From: Mesoplasma florum L1
GTDB lineage: Bacteria; Bacillota_I; Bacilli_A; Mycoplasmatales; Mycoplasmataceae
Length of the DNA stretch: 32,000 nucleotides
Assembly (NCBI RefSeq): GCF_000008305.1
Contig: NC_006055.1
Span: 270,001-302,000, forward strand
Direction: 5' to 3'
Shown here: piece by piece, positions 12,822 through 24,400 of the stretch
Layout: every line of letters begins with the position of its first letter
How positions within the stretch are numbered: position 1 is the stretch's first letter
Program-made: the position numbers and the translations under genes
Notes under the pieces: model-generated
What the model was told of the DNA's origin: nothing
Databases searched by the model: none
What the model saw: only the letters and a program-made list of their open reading frames with translations

Positions 12822-12827
12822 TATAAT
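12822..12827 (+). promoter_or_regulatory. -10 box of the pgi promoter
   Basis: TATAAT about 35 nt upstream of ATG 12863; no convincing -35. Confidence 0.5.
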
Positions 12828-12862
12828 AATTTTTGTAAAGTAAAAATTTAAGGAGAAAATAT

Positions 12863-14143
12863 ATGATTAAAGTTGATTTACAACATTCAGGACTTTCTAT
12901 TGCAGATTTAAATGAAGCTAAAGTTAAAAAAGTTCATGAGATGATCATTAATAAATCTGGAAAAGGTAATGATTTTTTAGGATGAATTGAATGACCAAAA
13001 ACATTTGATAAAAAAGAATATGAAGAAATGAAAAAAGTAGCTTCTTCATTAAGAAATAAAATTGATGTATTAGTAACAGTTGGAATTGGTGGTTCATACT
13101 TAGGTATTAGAGCTGCTGATGAAATGATTAGAGGAATTAATCACTCTGATAAAGTTCAAGTAATTTATGCAGGACATACAATGAGTTCAACTTATGTTGC
13201 TCAGTTATCAGAATACTTAAAAGGTAAAAAATTTGGAATTTGTGTTATTTCTAAATCAGGAACAACTACAGAACCAGGAATTGCTTTTAGAGCATTAGAA
13301 AAACAATTAATTGAACAAGTTGGAGTTGAAGCTTCAAAAGAATTAATTGTTGCTGTAACAGATTCATCAAAAGGAGCTTTAAAAACTTTAGCTGATAATA
13401 AAGGTTACCCAACATTTGTAATCCCAGATGATATTGGTGGACGATTCTCAGTTTTAACACCTGTTGGAATTTTCCCATTATTAGTTGCAGGAGTTAATAC
13501 TGATAATATTTTTGCAGGAGCTATTAAAGCAATGGATGAATTAGTTCAAGGCGATTTAACAAATGAAGCTTATAAATATGCTGCTGCTCGTAATGCTTTA
13601 TATAATGCAGGTTATAAGGCTGAAGCTTTAGTTGCTTATGAACTACAAATGCAATATACTGCAGAATGATGAAAACAATTATTTGGAGAATCAGAAGGAA
13701 AAGACAATAAAGGTTTATATCCTACATCAATGATTTTCTCAACAGATTTACACTCACTAGGACAATGAGTTCAAGAAGGTGCAAGAAACGTATTATTTGA
13801 AACAGTTATTAAAGTAAAAGAACCAGTAGCTAATATGTTAGTTGAAGCTGATACTGATAACTATGATGGTTTAAATTACTTATCAGGTAAATCATTCCAC
13901 GAAATCAACTCAACTGCTATTGAAGGAGTAATTGATGCTCATGTTAATACTGGAAAAATGCCAAATATTGTATTAGAATTTGACAAAATGAATGATGTAC
14001 AATTCGGATACTTAGTTTACTTCTTCGAAATAGCTGTTGCAATGAGTGGATACTTATTAGAAGTTAATCCATTTGATCAACCAGGAGTTGAAGTTTATAA
14101 ATATAATATGTTTAAATTACTAGGAAAACCAGGAGTTAAATAG
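12863..14143 (+). CDS. pgi: Glucose-6-phosphate isomerase
   Basis: 426 aa under code 4. [66 protein letters not shown]; preceded by AAGGAGA. Confidence 0.97.
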
Positions 14144-14180
14144 TAAAAACCAAAAAAATCCATGATTATTTTAAAAAAAT

Positions 14181-14218
14181 AGAACTTTTTCCATAAAAGT
14201 TCTTTTTTTTTTTTTTTT
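14181..14218 (+). terminator. Rho-independent terminator after pgi with 16-nt T tract
   Basis: AGAACTTTT-TCCAT-AAAAGTTCT stem, then T-run 14203-14218. Confidence 0.85.
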
Positions 14219-14257
14219 GTGAGTAGAATAAGACCTATATGAAAGAAAGTGAAACTA

Positions 14258-14962
14258 ATGATAAGTATAAATAATGTAAGTAAAAAATATGGAGAAAAAG
14301 TAGGAAACTTTAATATAAATATACAAATTAAAAAAGGCGAAATTTATGGAATAATAGGTCCTAATGGTGCTGGTAAAACTACTTTAATTAGGCAGATATT
14401 AGGTTTTGTAAAACCCGACGATGGCAATATAACAATTAATTCTATGGATTCATGAGAAAAAAGACAAGAAATAATGGAATGAACAGGTTATATAGCTGGT
14501 GAAGTTAGTATTTATGAAGACTATACAGGGATGCAGTTTTTAAAATTAATGTCTAATTTAAAAGCAAATGTAGATTGATCTTTTGTTGAAAAGCTAATTG
14601 AATATTTTGAACTTGACACATCAAGAAAAATAAAAAAAATGTCAAAAGGAATGAAACAAAAAATAGCTATAATATCAGCAACTATGAATAAACCAGCTTT
14701 TTTAGTATTAGATGAACCAACTTCAGGATTAGATCCAATAATGCAACAGAGATTTAATGAATTGATTTTAAAATTAAAAAAAGAAAATAGCTCAACAGTT
14801 ATAATTTGTTCTCATATTTTTGAAGAAGTTGTAGCACTTGCTGATAATGTAGGAATGATTAAGTCTGGTGAATTAATAGAAGAGTTTGTTATTAAAGAAA
14901 AAAATATCGAAATAATTAGAGAAAAATTTAAAAGTGTTTTTATTAAGGAGAGTATTTTATAA
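14258..14962 (+). CDS. ABC transporter ATP-binding protein
   Basis: Frame 14249..14962 under code 4; ATG 14258 or upstream GTG 14249 are both possible starts. Walker A GPNGAGKTT, signature MSKGMKQKIAI, Walker B FLVLDEPTSGLDP, switch H in CSHIFEE. Confidence 0.93.
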
Positions 14963-15927
14963 TGATAAAAAAAGTTTCAGGGTTTCAAATAATAAAAACT
15001 CATTTAAAGTCTAATTGAAAACTAATTTTATTTTTATTTTTAATTGCTCTTGCAGGATCAGTTCTTGTTTTATGAATTTTTATTCTTGGAGATGCAGGCA
15101 GAAGATATATTGCTCCATGAAGTCTTACTGTAACAAGCTCAGGTCCTTGAGGAACAGGAACATCTTTAAGTGGTGGAATGGGACTTCAATACCCGATTAG
15201 CTCAATATTATTAAGTACGGGTTGTGTATCAATATTTAGCATATTATCTTTAATTTTAATTTTTATAACTTTTAATAAAGAAGTTAAGTCAACTCAAATA
15301 AGTATTTGACTAACATCTCCGGTATCTAAAAAAAATATAATGTTATTTAAATTTTTATTTGTTATTTTAACTTTATTTTTAATTTATTTACCTATGTTTT
15401 TTTCAATAATAATATTTGCTTCTTTATCATATGACGCAGATAAATATTTCATTAATGTATTTGCACAATTAATTTATTTCTTTGTCTTTGTTATTCTTAT
15501 AAGCGCAGTTTTTAGTTTAATTTTAACTACTTTATCAGACAAAGTTACTTTAGCTATAATTCTTTGTGTGGCCATTTTAGTTTGAATGTTTCTTACTTCA
15601 ATAATAATTAGTTTTTCTCATATAACTAAAGCGCGTCAAGAAGACATTGAAGGAACAATAGTTATTGTTTATAGAAGACCTTATAAATGATTAGAAAATT
15701 TCAAATATATTGCACCACAAACTTTATATGCTCAATTTTTAACTTTCAATATGGATAAATACATATTGGATCAATCACCTAAACCAAATGAAATATATGA
15801 AGTAGCTACATTAAAAATTGCAAAAACATGATGATTAGTAATCTCTTTATTTATTAATATAACTTTAATTTGTTTAATTGAAGTTTTGAATTTAAAAATT
15901 GTAAATAAAAAAGATTTCAATATCTAA
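14962..15927 (+). CDS. ABC-2-like transporter permease partner
   Basis: 321 aa under code 4; TAATG overlap with the upstream ATPase gene. Multiple hydrophobic segments; TSTQISIWLTSPVSKKNIMLFKF is typical of ABC-2 permeases. Confidence 0.85.
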
Positions 15928-15949
15928 AATCAGCATTGCTGATTTTTTT
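15926..15949 (+). terminator. Rho-independent terminator after the ABC permease
   Basis: AAAATCAGC-ATT-GCTGATTTT followed by T's; overlaps the stop codon. Confidence 0.85.
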
Positions 15950-16035
15950 ATTTCAATACATTTATTTCAATAATTAAATATTTTATAAGATAAAATCATT
16001 AATATATAATATTAAAATTAAAAAGGAGAACATAT

Positions 16036-16539
16036 ATGATTAAAAAAGAAACACTTAAATGATTAAGCGAACAACAAGAATTTTTAGATAATAAAATAAT
16101 AGAAAAACACAATTTAACATTAGATCACGAAATATTCAGAAAAAAACTAATTGCTTTTTGAGTAGAATTGGGTGAATATGCTAATGAAGAAAAGAGTTTT
16201 AAATATTGAAAACAAGGAGCACCTGGTGCTAAAGAAGTTCAGTTAGAAGAATATATTGATGGGTTACACTTTATCATAAGTTTAGGAAATCAAATTAATT
16301 ATAATTTTGAAACTTTTAATTTTAATGATCTAGGATATAACAATAATATTGATTGTTATTTTGAATTAATAAAAGATTTAACTGCTTTAGTTAATCAACC
16401 AAATGATCAAACATTCTCTAAAATTTTAAATTCATTTTTACAAATTGCAAAAGTGCAAAATTATTCTGAAGAAGATTTAATTAAAACTTACAAAGCTAAA
16501 CATGAAAAAAACCAACAAAGACAAGTAGAAAATTATTAA
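16036..16539 (+). CDS. dUTPase-like protein (dimeric dUTP diphosphatase family)
   Basis: 167 aa under code 4. Helical protein with KLIAFWVELGEYANEEKSFKYWK and EYIDGLHFIISLGNQI, matching the ExxxE/N..D metal-binding pattern of all-alpha dUTPases. Confidence 0.78.
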
Positions 16540-16540
16540 A

Positions 16541-17296
16541 ATGGAAAAAATAACATCAACATCAAATAAAAAAATCAAAGATTTAATCAAATTAAGAGAT
16601 GATAAAAAATTTCAAACAGTTGAAAATCTTTTTGTAATCGAAGGATTGCACATGGTTAATGAAGCCATTAAAAGAAATATTGTCAAAACTATATTTTTGG
16701 AAGAAAAAATGTTTAGTAAAATTTATGATATCAATAATTTTGAATGCGTTTTAATTTCAGAAAATGTTTCAAATAAAATATCTTCAACTAAAACTAGTCA
16801 AGGAATTTTTGCAACTTGTATATTAGAAGACCAAAAAATCAACATGTTGGAAAATATATTAATTTTAGATCAAATTCAAGATCCTGGTAATATGGGAACT
16901 TTAATTAGAAGTGCAGCTTCTTTTGAATTTCAGACTGTAGTTGCTTCAAATAATTCTGTTAGTTTTTATAATCCTAAAGTTTTGAGATCAACACAAGGAA
17001 ACTTATTTTCAATAAATTTAATAAATGATGATTTAATTAAAACTATCGATGAATTAAAACAAAATAATTACCAAATCATAGGAACTGTTTTGAATGATGA
17101 AACAAAATTTATGAAACAAATAGAATTTAGCAAAAATCAAAAGTATGCGTTAATAATAGGTAATGAAGCAAAGGGCATAAGTGATGAACTTAAACCTTTA
17201 ATAGACATTAATTTAAACATAGAAATGAGCAATGAAGTTGAATCATTAAATGCAGCAATTGCAGGTTCAATTATTATGTATAACATTAAAAAATAA
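16541..17296 (+). CDS. TrmH/SpoU family RNA 2'-O-methyltransferase
   Basis: 251-aa complete ORF. FVIEGLHMVNEAI, ILDQIQDPGNMGTLIRSAASF, LIIGNEAKGIS and NVEV-like block IEMSNEVESLNAAIAGSIIMY. Confidence 0.93.
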   Translation: MEKITSTSNKKIKDLIKLRDDKKFQTVENLFVIEGLHMVNEAIKRNIVKTIFLEEKMFSKIYDINNFECVLISENVSNKISSTKTSQGIFATCILEDQKINMLENILILDQIQDPGNMGTLIRSAASFEFQTVVASNNSVSFYNPKVLRSTQGNLFSINLINDDLIKTIDELKQNNYQIIGTVLNDETKFMKQIEFSKNQKYALIIGNEAKGISDELKPLIDINLNIEMSNEVESLNAAIAGSIIMYNIKK

Positions 17297-17314
17297 ATAA
17301 ATTTAATTTTTGTA

Positions 17315-17345
17315 TTGCCTTATAGTAGGTTGAATGTTTTAAAAT
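17315..17345 (+). promoter_or_regulatory. Putative MerR-type promoter/operator upstream of gapN
   Basis: TTGCCT (17315-17320), 19-bp spacer, TAAAAT (17340-17345). TTGCCTTATAGTAGGTTGAAT matches the 21-bp element at 10670 and 11094 at 18 of 21 positions. Confidence 0.65.
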
Positions 17346-17376
17346 TAAATTGCAATCAAATAAAGGAGAATTTAAT

Positions 17377-18795
17377 ATGGAAAAATTCAAAGCAATAATT
17401 AACAATCAAGAAATAGAATCTAACTCTTGATTAGATATTATGGACCCAACAACTGATGAAGTTTATGCACAAGTTAGTGCACTATCTGCTCAAGAAATTG
17501 ACTCAGCATTTAAAGCAGCAAAAGCTGCTCAAAAAAAATGAGAAGCAATTGGTATTGAAAAAAGAACTGAGTTTTTAATTAGATGAAGAGATTTATTGTT
17601 AAAAAACGAAGAAGATTTAGCAACAACAATGATGCATGAAATCGCAAAAGCATATAAAGATTGTTTAACTGAAGTTCGTAGAACAGCTGAATATATAGAT
17701 CTAACAATTTCAGAATATAATGATTTACAAGTTTTAACTTTTGATAAAAATTCTAAAGGTGTTACTGAAGACATTGTTGCTGAATACAAAAGAATAGCAA
17801 AAGGTGTTGGTGTTGGTATTTCACCATTTAACTACCCTATTAATTTAGCTGTTTCTAAATTAGCACCAGGATTATTAACTGGAAATACATTTGTATTTAA
17901 ACCAGCAACTCAAGGTAGTGTTGTAGGTATCAAAATTGGTCAATTAGCCATTGAAGCTGGTATACCAGCTGGTGTATTGAACGTTGTAACTGGACGTGGA
18001 AGAGACATTGGAGATGTTATTGTAACAAACCCATTAATTGACTTCATTTCATTTACAGGAAGTGTACCTGTGGGTAGAAGATTAATGGAAATTTCCAGCT
18101 CAAAAGACTTAGTTTTAGAATTAGGTGGAAAAGATGCAGCTATCTTATTAGATGAACATAACTTAGAAAACATTGCTAAAGATATAGTTGCAGGAGCATT
18201 TAGTTATTCAGGGCAAAGATGTACAGCTATTAAAAGAGTTATTACTACAGACAATATAGCAGATAAGATAACACCATTAATTAAAGCAGAAGTTGCTAAG
18301 TTAACTGTTGGATTACCAAATGAGAATCCTATTATTACACCTATGATTGATAAAAAAAGTGCAGATTTTGTAACTGATCTAATTAATGATGCTGTTAAAA
18401 AAGGAGCAACTTTAGTTTATGGTGGAACTAGAGATAAAAACTTATTACAACCTACATTATTAGATAATGTTACAGTTGAGATGAATGTAGCTTGAGAAGA
18501 ACCATTTGGTCCTGTACTTCCAATTATAAGAATAAATGAAATTGAAGACATGATTAGCGTTGCTAATAAATCAAATTTTGGTTTACAAACTTCAATCTAC
18601 TCAAAAGATGTAGATTTAGCTTATAAAGTTGCTGAGCAATTAGAAGTTGGAACTGTAAATATTAATAGAAGAACTCAAAGAGGACCTGATGTTTTACCTT
18701 TCTTAGGTGTAAAAGATTCAGGATTCGGGGTTCAAGGTATTAAGGAAACTATTTTATCTACAACTCGTTACAGAGGTATAATAATTAAAAAATAA
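17377..18795 (+). CDS. gapN: NADP-dependent non-phosphorylating glyceraldehyde-3-phosphate dehydrogenase (aldehyde dehydrogenase superfamily)
   Basis: 472 aa under code 4. ISPFNYPINLAVSKLAPGLLTGNTFVFKPATQGSVVG, SFTGSVPVGRRL, LELGGKDAAILL, GAFSYSGQRCTAIKRV, EEPFGPVLPI; NINRRTQRGPDVLPFLGVKDSGFGVQGI is GapN-like. Confidence 0.92.
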
Positions 18796-18801
18796 TAAAC
18801 T

Positions 18802-18830
18802 ATAAGGGTTTTAGAACTCTTATTTTTTAT
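18802..18830 (+). terminator. Rho-independent terminator after gapN
   Basis: ATAAGGGTT-TTAG-AACTCTTAT stem (one G-T pair) then T-run. Confidence 0.75.
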
Positions 18831-18880
18831 TTTTTAGTACTTAAATTAACCTCTTTTTCTATCAAAATACCTAAAAATGG

Positions 18881-18886
18881 TATAAT
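18881..18886 (+). promoter_or_regulatory. -10 box of the lipoprotein/permease operon promoter
   Basis: TATAAT 49 nt upstream of ATG 18935; weak -35. Confidence 0.5.
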
Positions 18887-18934
18887 AATATAAATATTTT
18901 TAAATTTATATTAATCAAAGGAAAGGGAGTTAAT

Positions 18935-21430
18935 ATGAAAAAAATGCTTTTAAGCTTAACTGCTGTTAGTATGTTAGCTTCATCGACTGCAACTGTTAGT
19001 TGTACATATACGATGAAAGCTAAAAGTGAATTTGTAAAAAGTATTCAAAAGATAATTAATATTGCAAATGTTTCAGCTGAAGCACAAATATTAACTTCAA
19101 ATAATACACCAGATACTAAATTAGCTATAGACGACTATAGCAATAATAGTAGAAAAATAAATGGAATTGAATATTCAACAACTAATGCAAACATAGGTTA
19201 TTCATATACATTAGATAACTTTAGTGGTATGCAAGCTAATCAATTTTTACCAAAAGAAGATTTAACACTTTCACTTTCAAATAATCCTAATGATGATAAT
19301 ACAAGAATGGATCGTTATTTATTAAAAAACTACGGAAGTAATTGAGTTAATAACATTAATTCATCAAGTATAAAAAATGGTGAAATACATAAAGGTAAAA
19401 AAACAGGTTCAAGTTCTATAACTTCAACAGCAAGTCTAGTTTCATCATTAATTGGTGTTATCTTTGGAAGTGATTTTAGTGTTTCAGAAGCTGGTTTCTT
19501 AAATGATAATATTGCTACTATATTAAACCAATTACCTAATGATACAAAACAAAATTTAGCAAAAACATTAGATGATTTATCAGTTAAATTTAAAACACTT
19601 CCAGAAAGTTTAAAAGAAGGTTTTTCTAACCCTTTAACTAAATATGTTGGACAAACAAAATATAAAGCTATAACTGACATATCTAAAAACTTTTGAACAG
19701 AAATTTTCAAAAAAGATACTGCTGAAAATACTGGTGAAAATTCAACTAATGAAAAAGCTGGAACAGTTAATAAAATGTCTTCAGCACTCCAATATATATT
19801 TACATTGTTATGATATATTCAAGAATATGCTGATATTATAGATGCAAAAATTACACCAGATAATTTAACTAACGTTTTAAACCAAGAAATAAATGCTAAT
19901 GATGTTAAAAACTATGATCAAATAAATCTTAATAAAACTTTTAAAATTTTAAATAATTTTTTAAATCCTGGAAGAGATACAAGAAAAGCAAAAAATCTTG
20001 TTATTGTTCTTTTTGGTATTCCAACATCAGCAGATAAATTTCAACCAAAATCTAATATAATTGTTGAACCAATATTTCAAGCTTTATCAAGTAATTCTTC
20101 AGGTACTCCTGAAACTTATGGTTTAAAATCTAATCAATCTAAAATGTTTGGCTTAAACATAACAGAAATTATAAAATTTTTAAGCGACATTCTTAAAGCA
20201 AATAATTCTTTACCAAAAGAAGTTGTTAAAGAAATTATTAGACTACTGGGTGTTTTACAAGAAATTTTAGCGAGTGAAAATAGAGATACTTATACAATAA
20301 TTCAATCTTTATTGAATGAAGCTGTTTTTAGACCGTTAACAGAAGAAGGAAAATCAGTATTGTTAATAGGTGACATATTATATCTACTTGCAGAATCAGT
20401 AAATGCTAAAAATAACAATAAAGTTGTAATTGATTCAGCTCCATTGTTAAAAATATCAAGTTTAACTGGATCACAAAATCCATTTAGTGCCTTATATGAT
20501 GGTGGACTATTGAAAAGTATTTTCCAAACTATTAATTATTTCACAACAAAAGATGGTTCAAGTGAACCTATGTTTAGTGATGTTGTTATTAAAAACTTTA
20601 AAGACTTAAGTTCAATTTTCAATACAAAAATGGATATAATTTTCACTCAGATGTTAAATATAGATTATGACAATAATATGCAATTTTTATATGGTTTAAA
20701 AAATTCTTCAATAGCAACTATTGTTGATACTATTTCTAAAAAATTCATAGATCCAATAGAAGGAAAAGAATACTTCCTTGATTTAGGTGCTATTAGAAAT
20801 ATAATACTTTCATTGTTTAATAGCTCTTATAATTCTATTTCAATTGAATCAAATGTTTTAGAAAAACCAAATAACTTATTTGCAACTTTAAAAGTTGTTT
20901 CAGCGGCATTAAGAAAACAATCAGTTATTTTTGATGGCAAAGAAGTTAATAATTCAAAATCAATAGTGAATGTTTTAGGTTTAAACCCTAACAATTCAAA
21001 TAAGTTTATGGATGACAGCATTTTTGATGCAATTGCTCAAGCTTATGGTCACGGTGTTGTAACTGAAAGAGACAATGACGGAAAAATAATAAAAAGAACA
21101 GAAATACCTGAAAAAAGAGAAAACACAATCAAAATGATTTCTGTAATGCTTGAAGGAATATCATGAATGTCAAAATCTTCAGAAAGACAATATTACAATG
21201 ACAATTTTGGCCATTTCTTTGATCAACAAAACTGAACAACTCAAATTATTAGTTACACAAATTTTGACAAAATACATAATGATGCCGAAATAAAATATAA
21301 CTTAATTTATCAAAACAAAAAATACAAAATTAAAGAAATTTATCAAGTTACTTTAAAAAGAGATAAAGCCCCATTGAATGAATCAATAGGAAATAAATAT
21401 TTCTATATTACAAATATAACTAGAAAATAA
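18935..21430 (+). CDS. Large lipoprotein (831 aa), probable extracytoplasmic partner of the downstream permease
   Basis: Frame joins ORFs 18935..19345 and 20144..21166 under code 4 to TAA 21428-21430. Signal MKKMLLSLTAVSMLASSTATVSC; GGAAAGGGAG RBS. Confidence 0.9.
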
Positions 21431-21457
21431 TAAACACAAAAAGGAAAGGAAGCGTTT

Positions 21458-24400
21458 ATGAAAAAAACAAGTAATTGATTACTTTTTAAACAGGGTTTAA
21501 AAGGTATATTTAAATTTAAAATTCAATTTGTGATCATTTTAATTCTTTCTTTTCTATCAATATTTATTTTAACAACTTCTATTTCTTTAAGAGATAGATT
21601 GAACCACACATACAATGAAGTTGTAAAAAGTGTTGACAAGTTCGACTATGAATATGACGATGAATTTTTTGGTATATCTGGTGGAGTTACATCAAATAAT
21701 GTTTCACAAAATCCAATGATAATGTTTGTAGAACCAGAATCATATTCAACAATTAATGGAGGTTCTAAAACTTTTAATATTTCTTTTAATGAAATATATG
21801 GTGGTAAAACTTTTATAACTGAAGCATTTTTAGATCAAAATATGAAAAATACTTATTATGCTAATAATGAAGAAGTTGGGTGAGATCTAAACAGTAAAGA
21901 TTTCATGGTAAAAACTAGAAATATTTTATTAAATTACTTTTATGGTGATTTAGTTTCAGCTTTAGATGGTCAAGAAACAGAAAGTTCTCTAAATTTACAA
22001 AAAACACCAATTTTTGCATATGCATCAACTTTAAACAAAGATGAAATAAAATCAGATTATGAAGTTATCAAAAGATATGAGTCAATAGAACCTATAAATA
22101 TATACGAAATTAAACAAAAAGATTTATTTTATTTTTCAACTATAGCATTTAGTAGTATTGGAGCTTATATTTCTGAAATAAATAATACTTATAATTTGAG
22201 CAATAGTACAAATCGTCTAGCAGAAAAAACATATGAAATAATCACAGGTAACAGTTTAAGAGAAAAACCTATTGATACTAATTTTATAGTTAATGAAGAA
22301 AATAAATATTCTCTAAGAGTAACTAATTCAACAAATAGTGATGCTTTAATAAGTATTAATTCAAACTCTAGAATAGATATTGAAAGTGCTATACAAAAAA
22401 ATGGATTAAAAGGTATATCTACTCCAACATTTTTTCAAAATAATAATAAAACCAATAAAATTATAAATCTTAATTCGTTTAAATTACAATCATCAGCAAA
22501 TGGTGATGATTGATCTGCTAGATTAACTGCATTTAATTCAACTAAAATTGAAGAAAACTTATTTAACAATTTAATGAATAATTCTAATTACGATTGAATT
22601 TTACAAGGTAAGAATTATACGAATACGAATACGAATACGAATACGAATGATGAAGTTGCTAATATATTATCTTTTACTTATAAAATGCAATCTGATATTG
22701 CAACAATTGCTTCAAATGTAGAAACAGAATTTAGGAAAGAATTTTCAGTATTTGATAATTCTTCACAAGTTGAATACAAAGCTGTTGTTTTAGATGAAAT
22801 GAAACATTCAAACTTAAAAATACTAAATCCCGATAAGGGAGGAAGAATGCCAATTGCAAAAGGTGAGATATTAATTTCTGAACAATTTGCTAGAGCCAGA
22901 AGAATACCTTTATTTTCAGATTTAAAAGTTGGAGCACAAAACTTTACTGTTATTGGATATGCTACAGATACATTTTCATATTATCCTGTTGTAAATGATG
23001 ATTTACCAATACCACAGCCTAAAAATACAGGGATTATTTATGCATCGCAAGAGACATTAAAATCTTTGTTTGAGGATACGCCTTCTTCAAATGCAGAAAA
23101 AATTGCTAAAACATATGCAAAAAGATTTATTTGAACAAATGAAAAATCAGATATTGATTTATTCAATTATTTATTTGCTCCATCTCAAAAAGCAAAAACA
23201 TTTGCTGAATCTGTATACAGATTCTCTTGAGACTTACAGCCTCAAGTTGTATTAGCTTATAGTTTATTTACTATTATAATTTCACTAATAATAGGTGTAA
23301 TAGCATTATCTGGTTTATTAATATCCCTTAAAAAATCAATTAAAGCGAATACAAAACAAATAGGTATTTTAAAAGCATTAGGTGTAGAACCACATAATAT
23401 TGCTTTATCTTATATAGCTCAATCAGTTATTATTGCTATATTTATAATTCCTTTAAGTTGAGGTATAGGATTATTGGTTCAATCTGGTTTTGTACATTTA
23501 TTTATTCCATATTTTAGTATTCAATTGTATCAAATTCAAGTTTCTGTATTACCCCTTATTATAGGTTTCATATTCTTTGGATTCTTATCTGTTATGGTTT
23601 CATTCTTAGTTGCATGAAGACTAACAAATAAACCAGTTATTGAAATTTTAAGAGTTGAAGAAACTAAAAAATCTCATTCTTGAATTTTAAATAAAATGAA
23701 AAATACTATTTTTAGCAAATCTAAATTTACTTTGAAATTCAGTATAACTTTAGCTTCAACAAATAGAAGAAATATATATTTAATGACAGTGGTTATTTTT
23801 ATAACATCATTTTTAGTTTCAATTGGTTTCACTATTCCAGCAACCGTAAGAACAGCTGAGTCTGCATATTATAAAAATGTTGAATATTCAAATAGTTATA
23901 ATTATGTTGAAAATGTGTCTAACTCACCATTATCTAAAGGCACAATAAGTTATTCAAAAGACCCTAGTGCAATAGACAAAGATTATACTAAACATGGAGA
24001 CATCTATTCGTATTCAAATCCTTCAAATTATTTTGAATCAACGTATGATTCATCACCAATTTCTAAGTACTTATATAATGGAATGGATGCTAATAATAAA
24101 CCTGTATATTCAAACACAATTAAGTATTTAGTTTCAGATTCAGCAAACTTGCCTTCAAACATTGAAGGTGAAACTGAAGCTAAATCAGGGTTATTCCAAA
24201 TTATTACAGAACAATTTGGAAATAACTTTGCAAACGGAATTGGTTCGCAATTTTCAATTGGGACAATTGAACAAATTTATGGTCTTTTATCAAGTTCACT
24301 TTATGATGCAACTACACTAAATCCTGAAACAAATAGTGCGCAAGAAACATATCTAAATGATGCCTTAGTTCAAAAGAAATATGATGTTATTACTAAAAAC

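Noticed and set aside
13287-13478. Minus-strand 63-aa ORF inside pgi
   Set aside because: Lies wholly within the strongly supported pgi gene; low-complexity Leu/Gln composition.
14258-15927. ABC ATPase/permease pair as the energising partner of the giant FtsX-like permeases
   Set aside because: The ATPase overlaps its own ABC-2-like permease gene, is followed by a strong terminator, and lies more than 5 kb and several transcription units away. It is most simply a self-contained exporter.
15946-15990. Short direct repeat (ATTTATTTCAATA-like, twice) before the dUTPase-like gene
   Set aside because: Very AT-rich and short; similar words are expected by chance, and no associated promoter geometry was convincing.
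22619-22648. Possible CRISPR-like repeat
   Set aside because: A simple 6-nt in-frame microsatellite with no spacers; no cas genes in the window.
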